A DNA stretch of 64,000 nucleotides. Origin: Octopus sinensis. Its lineage: Eukaryota. The notes under the pieces are model-generated. The model worked only from the letters and a program-made list of their open reading frames with translations. It did not search any database and was not told the DNA's origin. The stretch lies in contig NC_043000.1 of NCBI RefSeq assembly GCF_006345805.1, forward strand, positions 161,572,001 through 161,636,000, read 5' to 3'. The position numbers were made by a program, and so were the translations under genes. Position 1 is the first letter of the stretch. Each line of letters starts with the position of its first letter. This document shows, piece by piece, positions 12,770 through 25,760 of the stretch.

Positions 12770-15760
12770 GAGTATTGTCTAAGATATTATCTATAATTAA
12801 AGTGAGACCAAATTAGGGCTAACCCATTTAAGGGATTATTCATTTGTAAGTTGGGAAGTTCATTAGTTTAGGTTCAATAGTTAAGTGTAATATTATATAT
12901 AGTTAGCATATAGGAAGGATTTATATTTAAGCTGCTAGCATCAATGGATAATAAGTATTTTTACAAATAGCAGAATGACTGAATCTGGTCTAATATGTGA
13001 TCTATCACTAAGGTGAGAACAAATTATGGTTAACAAGGCAGTTACTGATTCACTTGTATTGATCTAGGTAGTAAAATGCCTGCATGTGATCCATACATTA
13101 TCTATTTCTAAAGTAAGACCAAATTATGGTCAACCAAGGCAGAGAATTACACTGGCCAACAAATTTTTTGTTGCATCGATACCAACAATTGGGATTACAT
13201 GTCTTGAGTATGCTGAATTCAAATATGAAGTTAGTTTTTCTCTGTAAGCTCTAGATTATTTGCAATTAAGGTTTTTTATATTTTCCAAATTTCGAATATT
13301 TCCCGAGATATGATGTAATCTATCTTATAATTTTCTAGTTATACTCTCTGCAAACTATGTGGAAAAGAAAAAATATCTATGCATCGAGATTCCACCTTTA
13401 TTCATATATACGAGTTAGTGCACCACAATAAGAATTAGACTATAAAAATAATATTTCTTATTCCGATGATGAGTAAAATGAACGTTATCATGTGCCAGGC
13501 TTTTTGCCATCTACCTTTCAATCAAAAATATATATTATTTACATATGATAGGTGTACGTAGTTGAGAAACTGGTAAGTATGGAGGACAAAAAACACAGAT
13601 CTTATTCAGGCAAGAATTTGCGCTTGGAGGCGCTTGGAGGCGCTTGGAGGTCTTGTGTTTGTAGACGTTTACAGGAAAATATCGCTTAATGCTCCAGCAG
13701 TAGTCTGCCATCATGCCTTTTTCTCACCGCCCTTGATAACGCTCTTCCATGGTCCTAAAGATTTTGTCGAAGCCCTCTACTTGTTAATCACATCACCGAG
13801 GTTTTTCAGGTAATTTATCGAGATGACTATGCAGCAAATGGAATTGAAAGGTCATTTTTCACCCAAGATCATAGAAAGCCGACAGCGTATTATTTACAAG
13901 AATTTCATAGTCATCTTTTTTTGCTTTCAAATTTTTTCTGTGACTGCGATGAATGACAGCCATGCTGCTCTTTCCTCGATATTAATCTTTCCGACATCCT
14001 CATCAGGGATTTTAAGTCTGTCAAACACACCAACTCTGATCTTCTCGAATGACAAACAGAAAATGCAGAAACTATATTTGAAAAACATTCACCATCAGTT
14101 TTCAATACCTTTGTAAATTGCTTCATCAAGCCCAGCTTTATATGGAGCGGCTGACAATTGGATCGTTCGAAATATTTGGCATGCCTGCTTGCAGAGTCTC
14201 GTGAATGGTCCATTTCTTCTGAATCCAGTGTTTCTCTCGAGCTTGGTTGTCCAAGTTGCAGATAGAGGAAGGATATTTTGTGAAACTTTTTTGTTGATTG
14301 AGGATGAAACTGACCATTTTTTAATCTACACAAATGGGTCTGCTGTGCTCATGATATTTTAGTTGATCAATAAACATTTCTATGTCACTGTAATCTTCTT
14401 GCAAACGCACTGAGTGACCAGCTGAAACAGCTCCATAAACATCGCCATTATGCAGGAGAACACGTTTTAGGCTACGCTTAGAACTACGTAGAAATATTTG
14501 CCAGTCAGTGGATTCCTAATTTCTGGAGAAGACCGGGAATATCGTAGCAGTAAACAAAGTGTTTCTCTTCTGAAAGAAAGGATATAAAAATCTGGTCTCG
14601 TTTTCAAAAATAAGAAACGTTTGTAGTTTGGTCATGTAGATATTTTTTCTTGCGGCCCGGATGGCAGAACCTCAGCTGCAGTCTTATAGAGTCCCAAATT
14701 ATGCATTAAATCATTCAGTTCTGCTTGGACAAACTATTGGTCTTTCGGTACCAAAAGAGTGTCTTGGAATTCTTAAGTAATTTCTTGATCTTCGTTATCA
14801 TTCTCGTACGCTTGTTCACTAGCTTCGTCTTCGGAAGAGGTAAACCCAAGGAAAACTGGAATCAGGAGTTTCAGGATGCATAATGGGTCTATTTTCTAAA
14901 GGAATATACGCATATTGGTATTTTACACTATTTTTTCTTTCCGATGCTTTTGTGTTGACGATACAAAAATAACAGTCATTTGTGTGATCCCTGGGCTCTC
15001 ACCAAACCATAGGAGCTCCAAACGACAGGCCCTTTCGTTTTCATTTCGTCCAGTCACGAAGCATTTCCATACAGTTATAACATAGAACGGTGGGGGAGTA
15101 TTTTTTGTCACAAACAATGTGATATTTCGCCTTTGATGAATAAGTGTGAAGGAGCCACAGACATAGCAGGAGCCACAGACATAACAGGAGCCATCAAGAT
15201 TATTCCCACATCTGTGTCTACTGAGGAAGCCATGAACAGATCTGAAATGACATAATTGCCAATTATTTGTAAGTAGGATATATGTATTTTAATATGTCAA
15301 ATTTAACTATGTATAAAAAGTTAATCTTCAGATTGGAAGAAAACTAGATCATGGAGAGCAAAACCGATTACAGATTTGAAATTAGCACAAAAAAAGACAG
15401 AATCTTTAAAAAACAATCTCATGCAACAGAACATTTTTAAAAAACTTGTCCAGTGATATTCAATTGTATTGACGTACGTAATAAAGTTTATTAGTGTTGC
15501 TGAAATAATTAAGTGTAACGTTAGGTATAACTAACATGAAAGAACGATTTGTATTAAGGTGGTCGTATTAATATCTAATAAGTATATTTTTACAAACAGT
15601 AGTATGTCTAAATATAGTATTCATCTGTTACTAAGGTGGGCCCAAAATATGGATAACCAAGGTAGGGAATTATTCAATAGTATTGATCTAGGTTATAATT
15701 AAGTGTAAGGTAGCTATAATTAGCATGTAGGAAGGATTTGTATTTAAGGAGCTAGGATCT
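12770..15760. repeat. Degenerate tandem repeat (units of roughly 100-220 bp) split by the Chapaev insertion
   Basis: Motif taaggtgagaccaaattatggttaaccaaggcagagaattattcaattgtattgatctagg recurs near 12797, 13008, 13109 (continuing at 15456) and 15630. Confidence 0.65.
13150..15455 (-). mobile_element. Chapaev3-like (CMC superfamily) DNA transposon, decayed, both ends present
   Basis: TIRs CACTGGCCAA and CACTGGACAA plus subterminal similarity; 3-bp flanks TTA and ATA. Transposase remnants LHIKLGLMKQFTKVLKTDGECF and MEERYQG..GMMADYCWSIKR, plus an N-terminal VWRE..NH..DCYFC-like region. Confidence 0.8.
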
Positions 15761-16061
15761 TGCAATCAATACACCTCGCTGTTAGATAATATTCGATATC
15801 ATTTTTATTAATATGGAACGTCTCACATACACAGATCCCACACCAGCCACCCCAACATTATATAGTTGTGCCTAATATACAATGCACCAAGCAATTTTAA
15901 ATTCTATAGTATTATCAATGAAAGAATGTACAAATTTAGGTAGCCTTTTATTATATCTAAATGTAAATTTGAGGTTATTTCAGCAAAGTTTGAATGAGGA
16001 AGAGGCCGCACCAATATAATCATGTTTTTTACCAAGAGCAGTAGTAGAGCAATTTTTATTT

Positions 16062-16222
16062 TTATTCTTTTATTTGCTTCAGTCAATTGACTGCAACCAT
16101 GCTGGAGCACCGCCTTTAGTCGAACAAATCGACCTCAGGACTTATTCTTTGCAAGCCCAGTACTTATTCTATCGGTCTCTTTTGCCGAAATGCTAAGTTA
16201 CGGGGATATAAACACACACACC
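16062..16222 (-). mobile_element. SINE family A, 3' half
   Basis: Match to the family A tail (ccatgctggagcaccgcctttagtcgaacaaatcgacc). Confidence 0.88.
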
Positions 16223-16658
16223 GTAAACAAACTTTTCTGAAAAATGTCATTCCAAACTTTAATCTCTCGAGAAGAAAACATTGTGTCCTGGATCAAAACC
16301 AGAAAATTAGTTTAATACATCTACTTCAAGGGTCTTTAAATTGAAATCAGTACTCGTTTATCGTTCAAAAGCAACATGACTAACATGAGAAATATTAAAA
16401 ATTCAACTACTTGGAATTGATGTCTTCCTTGTTTATTACTTTATTGCTTTTATTTCCCAAACTTCAAAACAATCTGTGTGTTGTAAATACCATACAGCTA
16501 GCCATGACTAAATGGAGGCTTTGTCAAATATGTGACATGTTTCTTTACAAGATAAGCGACATTATTGTATCACTTGGAGCTAAATACTCTTCTACCATCA
16601 GCAATAATTTCTGCAGTTATACAACGAATTGTTAAAGTACGACATTAGGTCGAGTACC

Positions 16659-16890
16659 TATTTCTTTACTACCCACAAGGAGCTAAACACAGAGAGGACA
16701 AACAAGGACAGACAAACGGATTAAGTCTATTATATCGACCCCAGTGCGTAACTGGTACTTATTTAATCGACCCCGAAAGGATGAAAGGCAAAGCCGACCT
16801 CGGCGGAATTTGAACTCAGAACGTAACGGCAGACGAAATACGGCTACGCTTTTCGCCCGGCGTGCTAACGTTTCTACCAGCTCGCCGCCT
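16659..16890 (-). mobile_element. SINE family B, full length with TSD
   Basis: Reverse complement of the 3236 type. Perfect 14-bp TSD ttaggtcgagtacc at 16645-16658 and 16890-16903. Confidence 0.93.
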
Positions 16891-17349
16891 TAGGTCGAGT
16901 ACCATTCGATTAACCTTTTCTTGGACTGAGATTTAACATGAGAATCATAACTGAATCGACTTTTGCTATCAATATCATGAAGCGATAATCTCGAAGGAGT
17001 AAGTCAGTGTGAAAATTCTGTTGGATAATTTACGACTCGACTCCTTTCTGACTGCAATGGTGTCTCTACTATTTTATGCCATAATTTCACCTGTCAATAG
17101 ATTCAAATCGCTAGCACTGTAATGAGGCGTGTCTTGATTTTTTGGTGTTAGGATTATTTTCCAGTAAACAAATAAATTTATTTTAATCGTTGTAGTTTTT
17201 CATGTTTAGCACATTTTCAAGTACGATCTCTAAGATAGCAAAATGCCTTGTATTTGAATTATACTGAGAGTAAAATATGATCATTACCTATGATTTTATT
17301 TCCTATTCACAACAATCATATGTTAAATGCTGTGTCACTGTTGCTGGAA

Positions 17350-18780
17350 AGTCTGAGGGGTTTCACATTCCTTTACAACTTGATTGCTTGATACAATTTG
17401 CAATTATGATTTTGGCACTATATGCTATTTGACAAAAAACTTTCAACCAGGTTTCCTTGTTGTCCGAGGTAAAACGATCTATTATAAGAAATGCGTTCAC
17501 AAAGAGCATTGACACTTCATGTCTGAATACACTTAGGGATTTTTTTTCATTCACTAAGTATGATTTTTGTATTCACTAACCATCATTTGAGAAAATTTAT
17601 ACAGGTAATAACGAGGCTTTAAGATCAGTCGAAAGAGACACATCCAACCTTGACCGATGTTACTATCCTCCCACATGTCCGTAACAATGATGGTTGTCTC
17701 ATAGGACAGCAGATTCTTACTAAATACGTTGCAAAATACTACAAATAGGGAGTACAGGTACCTCCAGAACTACCAAGAGAGTAGAACCTATGTTCTGCAT
17801 CTCCATCATATAAAGTTTCTATGATGTTGTCGAATGCTTGATATTGCAGCTCGTTTAAATATTGCATCGTAACGTCATCATTAACGGTATTTTTCACACG
17901 AACCTCCTTGATGTCATCGTTCAAATTTGGTGCATATTCAATAAATCATAAGTCATAGCATGTGTGATGAGCGTTTGCAGAATATCATGAAGTAATCTGT
18001 TATGATCGGCTTCATATACTTTGTATATGAAACCTTGTATAAAGTGCTGGTGAAGCTGTAAGAATAGCGACACAAGATCACTTGGTCTATAAGGGCACAT
18101 ATAATAGTAAACAATATTTCCAACAGGAAATGTATGATGATTTCTACTGCTACTAATATACATCACACCCATTCATTATCATTATTTAGCAAATTTCAGC
18201 CTGCAGATGCTGCTTCTGCCTGTAGTAAATAACACCCCAAATGTGCAGATGATTCGAAATATTGTGGCTTCTTAATATAATAACGAGAAGCTCTAGATTT
18301 TGTGGTGTTTATAAGGTACTTATTGCATCGTAGTAATTATTCTACCCACTTTCCATATTAACTTGTTTGTTATTAATATCGTAAAGATAAACAAATTTAA
18401 AGAGATACTGTCTGGCTGTTTTGTCAGTTTCTTTTGTCTGAGGTATGCTTTGAGCCAAGTACATCTGTCTTAAACATTTTGAAAAACCTCTTGTTCAGTG
18501 ACTTCTCGTTAATAAACTGCCCGCTGATATACAATATGTTCTGAACGATTAACTACATTACAGCAATTTTCAGTTATGACTCATTATGTATTTTGGTACT
18601 ACATCGTGTTTGACAAAAATCTCCACACATATTGTCCATAAAATATTATAAGTATTGAAGTTCAAAGAGAGCATTGACGCTTCGTGTGTTTTAACAGAAA
18701 AGGAATTTTTTAATTCATTGCGCATCATTTGAGGAAATTTTCACAAATCATTATGATGTTTTAGGATGAGCATATTGAAA
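17350..18780 (-). mobile_element. Helitron Rep/Helicase remnant
   Basis: YLNELQYQAFDNIIETLYDGDAEHRFYSLGSSGGTCTPYL resembles PIF1 helicase motif I (LNxxQxxAF...FFLxGPGGTGKT). Upstream C.PSD..L region is Helitron-like. Heavily frameshifted. Confidence 0.55.
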
Positions 18781-19380
18781 CAGTATCAATATATGATCTA
18801 TCATGCCTTTCGCATTCTTAAAACTGCCACACTACTTCCGGAATACTGGCATTATGACCACTACTTTCGGATTGCATAATCTTTTTGTGAATGAGAAAAA
18901 TGAAAGCCTTACATTCTTTTTAATTTGCATCTGTGCAATCATAGCATATATATATATATTTGTATATATGTTGTTGCTGTTGTCATTATTATAATTAGGT
19001 AATAAATCGTATGGTATATACCTGGTTACTTACCGATAAAGCACGTTCACTTTCACAGTGTTTGTTAGGTATTTGATTGATGAGAGACCGAAGATGCAAG
19101 ATACGAGAATGCTTATTAATCCCTACAATTGTTTCGGCCCATAGCATCGGTCCCTCACGGGTAGAATGCTTAACAACTGATGTAGGAGTATACGTCGTTA
19201 TAGATGTGTCTCGTAGGATGATTACAAGATGTGTCTCGTTGAAATAACGATTGTTCCGCAAGATAAATTTCCGTTTTCGTGAGGGATTGATGCTAGATGG
19301 GTCAAAACAATTGTAGTGATTAATATGCATTCCCACCTTCCGCCTCTTGCATTAATGATATATATATATATATATATATA

Positions 19381-19551
19381 GGCGCAGGAGTGGCTGTGTG
19401 GTAAGTAGCTTGCTAACCAACCACATGGTTCCGGGTTCAGTCCCACTGCGTGGCATCTTGGGCAAGTGTCTTCTGCTATAGCCCCGGGCCGACTAATGCC
19501 TTGTGAGCGGATTTGGTAGACGGAAACTGAAAGAAGCCTGTCGTATATATG

Positions 19552-19582
<31 letters not shown>

Positions 19583-19770
19583 CTGTGTTTGTCCCCCTAG
19601 CATTGCTTGACAACCGATGCTGGTGTGTTTACGTCCCCGTCACTTAGCGGTTCGGCAAAAGAGACCGATAGAATAAGTCCTGGGGTCGATTTGCTCGACT
19701 AAAGGCGGTGCTCCAGCATGGCCGCAGTCAAATGACTGAAACAAGTAAAAGAGTAAAAGAGTAAAAGAGT
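19381..19770 (+). mobile_element. SINE family A (OR1-like CORE-type SINE), full length
   Basis: tRNA head (A-box tggctgtgtggtaag, B-box gggttcagtccc), CORE-like catcttgggcaagtgtcttct, internal (AT)n(GT)n, 3' hairpin and (AAAAGAGT)n tail. Inserted in (AT)n. Confidence 0.95.
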
Positions 19771-19777
19771 ATATATA

Positions 19778-19837
<60 letters not shown>

Positions 19838-20088
19838 CATATTTTACACGACTTATCAACAGCTAGCAGTTTCTTTCTCTCAACTCACCTTGGTATATTC
19901 TACTTATCCACACTTCTGATAATGGATTCATCTAAGGATTTACCTAAGGATATACCTGGGGAAGTACTAACTTAAATGGAGCTAATTTAACTCTCCTACC
20001 CTCCTGAAAATAATGAACCATAATGAACGACAACGGATATCATTAAAGGGGAGTTCTTTCAACTGTTTATCATTCATTTCTTCATACA

Positions 20089-20176
20089 TTTCTCTGATGA
20101 AGGAATTCTCGGTTTATAGTCTTCAACTGATACGATGATCCAATCACCGGGATATCCCAGAAACAGCCGTCAGAGA
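20089..20176 (+). ncRNA. Type I hammerhead ribozyme candidate with an extended stem II
   Basis: Stem I TTTCT/AGAGA (one G-U); CTGATGA 20094-20100; 59-nt stem II region with TCTCGGT/ACCGGGA pairing; GAAA 20160-63; stem III ACAGCCGT (near-palindrome ACAGCTGT); GUC triplet 20169-71. Confidence 0.55.
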
Positions 20177-20334
20177 CTATCTCTGCCATCTTTACCAATT
20201 TTGTACTATTTTACTATTTTCAGATTGAATTAAACGAATATAAATGTCATTGTTCTGCCTTGAATAATTTTTTGCCTTCCTCACTACCTTAACCGATGTT
20301 TGTGTGTGTGTGTGTGTGCGTGTGCGTGCACACA

Positions 20335-20940
20335 CAGTGTGCCAAAATTAAGGCAACCGAAGGTTCGGGCTTTTATAGCTATCAGTAAATGTGATATGAA
20401 AATTATACATCATTATAAAAGTCATTTTATCTCAGACTAAATAAATTCAGATTTATAGTTTAGATAATGGCTATAAATCGAAATACAATCATAAGGAAGT
20501 GAAAGTAATACAGCTATAGTAAAAAAAGCTTAAAACTAACCGAATTGTCAAGAAATTTCAAGAGCCTGGTTCCACCACTAATTGACCTGGGTATAGCCGA
20601 AAAAGAAATGTACGGACCCCTCAGCTTATCAAAATACCAGAGAAAAGATATAACAAAATCCTTGTCATTCTGTCAGAAAACTGATTGTCACGGCAAAAAT
20701 AAGCCGAACGTCGATATATCGAGTGCCGAAGGAGGATCTCAGGACCCACCCCTACAAGTCCACCGTCATGAGCTCACGTAATTTTTTAAGGCCATGAGAC
20801 TAGAGGGAATTCGTTTTATCCTGCGTCAGATTGCTGAAGGCACGCTCTTCCCAACCTGGTGTTCACTGAGGAAAAGAAATTTGTCATCGAACAGACAGTA
20901 AACCACTAGAATTACCGACTTTGGAGTGTATCCGCACCAG
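20335..20940 (+). mobile_element. maT-like (IS630-Tc1-mariner) transposon, 5' part
   Basis: TIR-like cagtgtgccaaaattaaggcaac. Translation ...KAMRLE..LRQIAEGT..PNLVFTEEKKFVIEQTVNH*NYR matches the first-D motif (FSDEKKF..NxQNDR) of maT-type transposases. Confidence 0.65.
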
Positions 20941-22264
20941 TGTCAGACCAACAATCGGATTAATCGATTAGCCACTTGGCGAAATCTAGGCTACTGATAT
21001 AAAAGTTGGATTATAAACAAATAACTGTGATACACATCCAGCTCTATCACAAGTAATTTATATGCATATTAGTAATAGGCTGCGTATGGCTTTGTTGACA
21101 GAAATCTTCAAGGTATCAGTAATGAAAATAACCATCTTAACCTATCTTGGATCAAAATCCATTTTGAGGGATATGTTACTGCTTCTTTCTTTTTAATCCC
21201 GGAAAAATAAATGGCATTATATCTATTGCAGAATAAGGCTAGGGATGAAGATATAACATCTAGATGCAATATCAATGTAATTAACGCTGAAAATCCTGAC
21301 CATCCACATGATAAGTAGCTGTCAGAAAATGTAATCATGATATTATCTGCATGATATCGTGTACAAAATATTGTACAATCCGTACATAGTATTGTCTAGA
21401 AGCTACGTAAAAGCTTAAGAACTTATAGTAATGTTAGCGGTGAGACGCCCCTATTTTATTGTTCTTGCAATATCTCAGCAGAATGTAACGATAACGAACT
21501 AGACAAAGAGAGTAAAGAAAATGTGGAAATGAGTTGTAAAATATGCATTAGCAAATGCTAAAGATAAATGAAAAAGCAAGCAACTATTCGGGTCTAATAC
21601 TTCACTCGGACTCCAGCCTTAGTTATGTACATATATAGTTATTAGATCAGGTGGATACATAATTGCCTCATTACCTATATTGAGATGCTGGCCTTTACAA
21701 AACAAAAGAGGACAGTACTAATGACGATCTATCAGATACAAGGCATTAACAGAACTGTGAAAATATGTAAAACATTTTGGAGGTATAGCTTGAGATAAGT
21801 GCATATAGACACATGTAAATACAAATATATAAAGATGCAAACATTTATATCTGTATTCATTCGTGAGTCAAAGCATATGTACATATACAATGACATCAAT
21901 GCTTTCACACATTCATGTACAGATACATATATACATGACTTCCTAGTTGTCAAAATTCTAATGATGTTTCTGGATTATCGAACGGCCTTTTCTCTATTGG
22001 TTAGGAATTTAAATCGCACAGCTAGAACCTTCAGCTAGGTTCTAGCTGTATCATAAATACATACGTATGGACATACATACACACTTGCATACAAGCATGC
22101 GGAGATACATAGAATCCTCTAGTTACTTGAATTGAATGAGGTTCATTTGGAGCGTGTCACTGTTGTAATAGTGAGATACATTTGAAAACCACTTCAAAAT
22201 CGCAAAAAGAGAAACTGATTAAAAGAAATAATAAGCATACATTGTCATTGCAATCTAGCTAGCT

Positions 22265-22466
22265 ACCTGTCTAGTTAGCTAGCTAAGATAGATAGAGAGA
22301 TAGATAGATAGATAGATAGATAGGTAGGTAGGTAGGTAGGTAGGTAGGTAGGTAGGTAGTAGGTAGGTAGGTAGGTAGGTAGGTAGGTAGGTAGGTAGGT
22401 AGGTAGGTAGGTAGGTGGGTAGGTAGGTAGGTAGGTAGGTAGGTGGGTAGGTAGGTAGGTAGAGAA

Positions 22467-22527
<61 letters not shown>

Positions 22528-22535
22528 GAGAGAGA
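22265..22535. repeat. Compound (GATA)n(GGTA)n(GATA)n(GA)n microsatellite
   Basis: Directly visible. Confidence 0.97.
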
Positions 22536-24424
22536 CAGACAGTTCTTTTTCCGTCCATTTTTTCTCTCTCTCTCTTTCTCTCTTTCTCTCTACTCTACTT
22601 CTCACGTACCCCTTCACATTGCATATCTCCCACGTTTTGCTATATTTGAATGTTAGCCATAGAATATTATATAGGATGCATAATATAATACCATCCATAT
22701 AACGTACAAGCATATCCCTCCAAGAATTTCAAACAAGCTGTATATATAAATATGAGGGTTGGGTGTTTGCGTAGATGAGTGGTAAAACGAGAAACAATAA
22801 AAATACAAAAAATGAAATTAGGTAATAAACCAGAAGTATTAGCTAAATGCTACCGTTTATAACGACTGAAGACAATAAGGAAATCCTGTATTACATTGGA
22901 TTCAGTTTAGTTAACTTAGCTAAATCCTAGGCAGGATTATTTACAGAAAAAATTCTAAGTAATATTAACTATCGCATTATAAAATTCAAATCTACGACAA
23001 TGAAAAAATTGTAATGATATGTTCTCATTGGTTTTTGAAGTTTCTCAGTATGAAAGGTGCTGGTTCCTAACAAATATACAAAGCTTCATCTTTGGAATAT
23101 AGAAAACAAAAACAAAGTAAAAGTTTGATTTTAAGTAAATCATACATTTTTTTTTTATTGTTCCACCTACAGATGGCATTCGTAATATCCGAGTTATCTC
23201 GTTGATTAATTTTTCTGTAAACCCTAGCTTTTCCAGATTGTTACTCTAGCCTTTACTCTCAAAACGAAATGCATCAATAATTATTCGTGTGAATGTGAAT
23301 CTATAATCTTAGCACAAAAGCTGAAGGTTTCGAATCAGTTGTTCATAGTTATACTATTTCTCCATGATTTTGGAAAAGGTATTCACATCAGCAGGGTACC
23401 TGACCTCTATGACGGTACATATGCGTTGGGCGGTATAACCTTAGTGACATTTCAGGGCAACTGCTTCTCACATGTGTGATGTCCACAGAAATGTGGCGTA
23501 ATCGACATTTTCAATGGTATTTTGAGACTCCAAGGGCTTCCCTCTGTTTTGCTATTAAGCTATTATACAGCAATCTCCTGTTTTTCGAAGTGTGACGTAG
23601 CAGTCATGAATCCAAGAAACGCTGCACTTCAAGTCTTTGCGAAAATATCCATGCATGACATTTTTTTTCTTTTATGCAGAGCGTTTTACACTCTGGTCTT
23701 CTTTGAGGTACATTAGCCCGACTGTTCTGGAGTTGTGTGGGCGACCATCAGGAAGAGAATGCCTCCTAAAGAGCTCACGGCCGACACGCAGGACGTTATT
23801 CCCTTCGCCTTTCAACACTAAGCTTATTTATCTATTTCTGCTGTTGTTAGCGGATATGGAGATTCTTAACATTCTAAGGCAGTCATTTCTGATGTAAAGA
23901 CTTTATCGGCTTCATGTCTTCTTTAGTAGAGCATGTCAAAAGCAATGTCACATATTTGCATATTTGTCCCAGACAGGGCAATTCCTTTCGTTTCGATTTG
24001 CGTTGTGTACATGATACTGAAGAGTCGCAAAAATAATGAAATGCTACCATGTACACCAGCGTACCCATCTACTCTTGCCCGTCGGATTTAGAACTATAAT
24101 TTCATAGAGTTATTTTTTATAAACAAGCGTTCTAAGTGATGATTTGATAAGCGGTGATGAATTTTTACAATCCTGTAAATAAAAATATCTTTTATAACGT
24201 TAAAGCTTATAGTCTGTTACTGTGAATTGACCAATGGAAATAGTCTAATATTGAGGTATATACGACCGTGACGTAAAAATATATTACGCTTATAAAAAAA
24301 ACGACTCAGTGAAATTATAGTGCTAAATCTGACAGGAAGGAGTAGGGTATATTGGTCTTATATGCCCCCAATATTAGACTATTCTCTGTAGTCAATACAC
24401 GTATATTATTATTATTATTGTTGT

Positions 24425-24878
24425 CATTTACTTTTAATCTGCATGTTTGATGCAATCACCTGCCGGGGCACACCCAGCGCCCTAGGGCAAGTGAAGGTTA
24501 AGAGTTGTTGAAATATAGCTGAAAGCTTGGGGAGGGGAAGTAGAGATATATCTCCATGTAATGCAAACACAAACATTTACATTGATAGGGTTTTTCTAAG
24601 GATGTGGGCAGTACTTGTTAGCACAATCTTTTGGATTTCCTTGAGACATGGTTTTCCAGGGATATTGTCTAGGTGTTTCTGACATCCCTTTTTTATCATA
24701 CCTAGGGCACCTACAATAACAGGAACAGTTTTTGTTTTAAGATTCCACATCCTCTGTATTTCGATTTCCAGGTCCTTATATTTACTAAGTTTGTCAAATT
24801 CCTTGACAGATACATTTTTATCAGTGGGGACGCTTACTTCTATTAGTCTGCAGGTATTTTCTTCCCTGTCTTTAACAA
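24425..24878 (-). mobile_element. R4/Dong-type LINE 3' end (RLE domain plus UTR)
   Basis: IVKDREENTCRLIEVSVPTDKNVSVKEFDKLSKYKDLEIEIQRMWNLKTKTVPVIVGALGMIKKGCQKHLDNIPGKPCLKEIQKIVLTSTAHILRKTLSM*. (ATT)n at both junctions. Confidence 0.88.
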
Positions 24879-25224
24879 TTATTATATTATTATTATTATT
24901 ATTATTTTTTATTTATTTTTTTTTTTTTTTTTTTTTTGCTGCTTATAAAATCATCCCAGAAAACGCATATATATATATTTAACTTAAATAACTTAGATTG
25001 GTTCTGGCCATTATCGGTCGGGACTAACTAACTTGATAACAACATGCGGAGAGGTTTTTTTAAACCATGTTTCCGGATATCATTGACCACTCGAGCAAAG
25101 AGTTGTTGTTGACTGAGAAGTATCCAGGTGCTGTTCGTTTGTTTCGTACTTCTTGAGGGAATTTATCTAGGTAAAGTCGCTATGTTCTTATGTGATGTGA
25201 ACTCGGCTGTTGGTTGGCTGGTTG

Positions 25225-25760
25225 GTATTTTATTTCAAGATTTCTTGCCAATAGAGAAAATGTCGGTTACTAACTTAGATTCAAGTCTCTTTCATTGGAA
25301 TTTCAACATCAACAACAAGGTATTTTTGTTTGTTTGCATGTATGTATGTATGTATGTATGTATGTATATTTGGATGGATGTATGTATGTATGTATGTATG
25401 TATGTATGTATGTATGTATGTATGTATGTATGTATGCGTACAGATTTGTATGTTTTGCTTTATGTTTGTAGTTTCATGCGTTGCATATCTAAACATGCTC
25501 ATATATAATTAAATGATAAACTTCTGGAAAGTTTTACAGATTTTTCCAGTTCCAGTGGACTTGTAGTCTTCGTATTAGCCTTCTCCTTGCTGGTTTTGAG
25601 AAGCCTAATTTCTCAAGATTGTCATTTAGGCAGTGTGTTACATATCCCAGTGCACAAGATTGGTATTTAGGCAGTGTGTTATATATCTCAGGTTCCAAAT
25701 AATTACAGGTATAAATCTGAACTTGGTATTTGGATAGAGTAACTGCAGGTTTCTCTGTAG
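25225..25760 (-). mobile_element. RLE-type LINE 'X' 3' end, with an internal (CATA)n tract in its 3' UTR
   Basis: YTELQRNLQLLYPNTKFRFIPVII..ALGYVTHCLNDNLEKLGFSKPARRRLIRRLQ, then UTR, (CATA)n, further UTR and AATAAA. Colinear with 36543-38100. Confidence 0.78.

Noticed and set aside
21245-21330. NKARDEDITSRCNINVINAENPDHP, cadherin-like in appearance given the octopus protocadherin expansion
   Set aside because: It lacks the DxNDNxP motif, is short, and has flanking stops. Octopus protocadherin ectodomains would give long ORFs.
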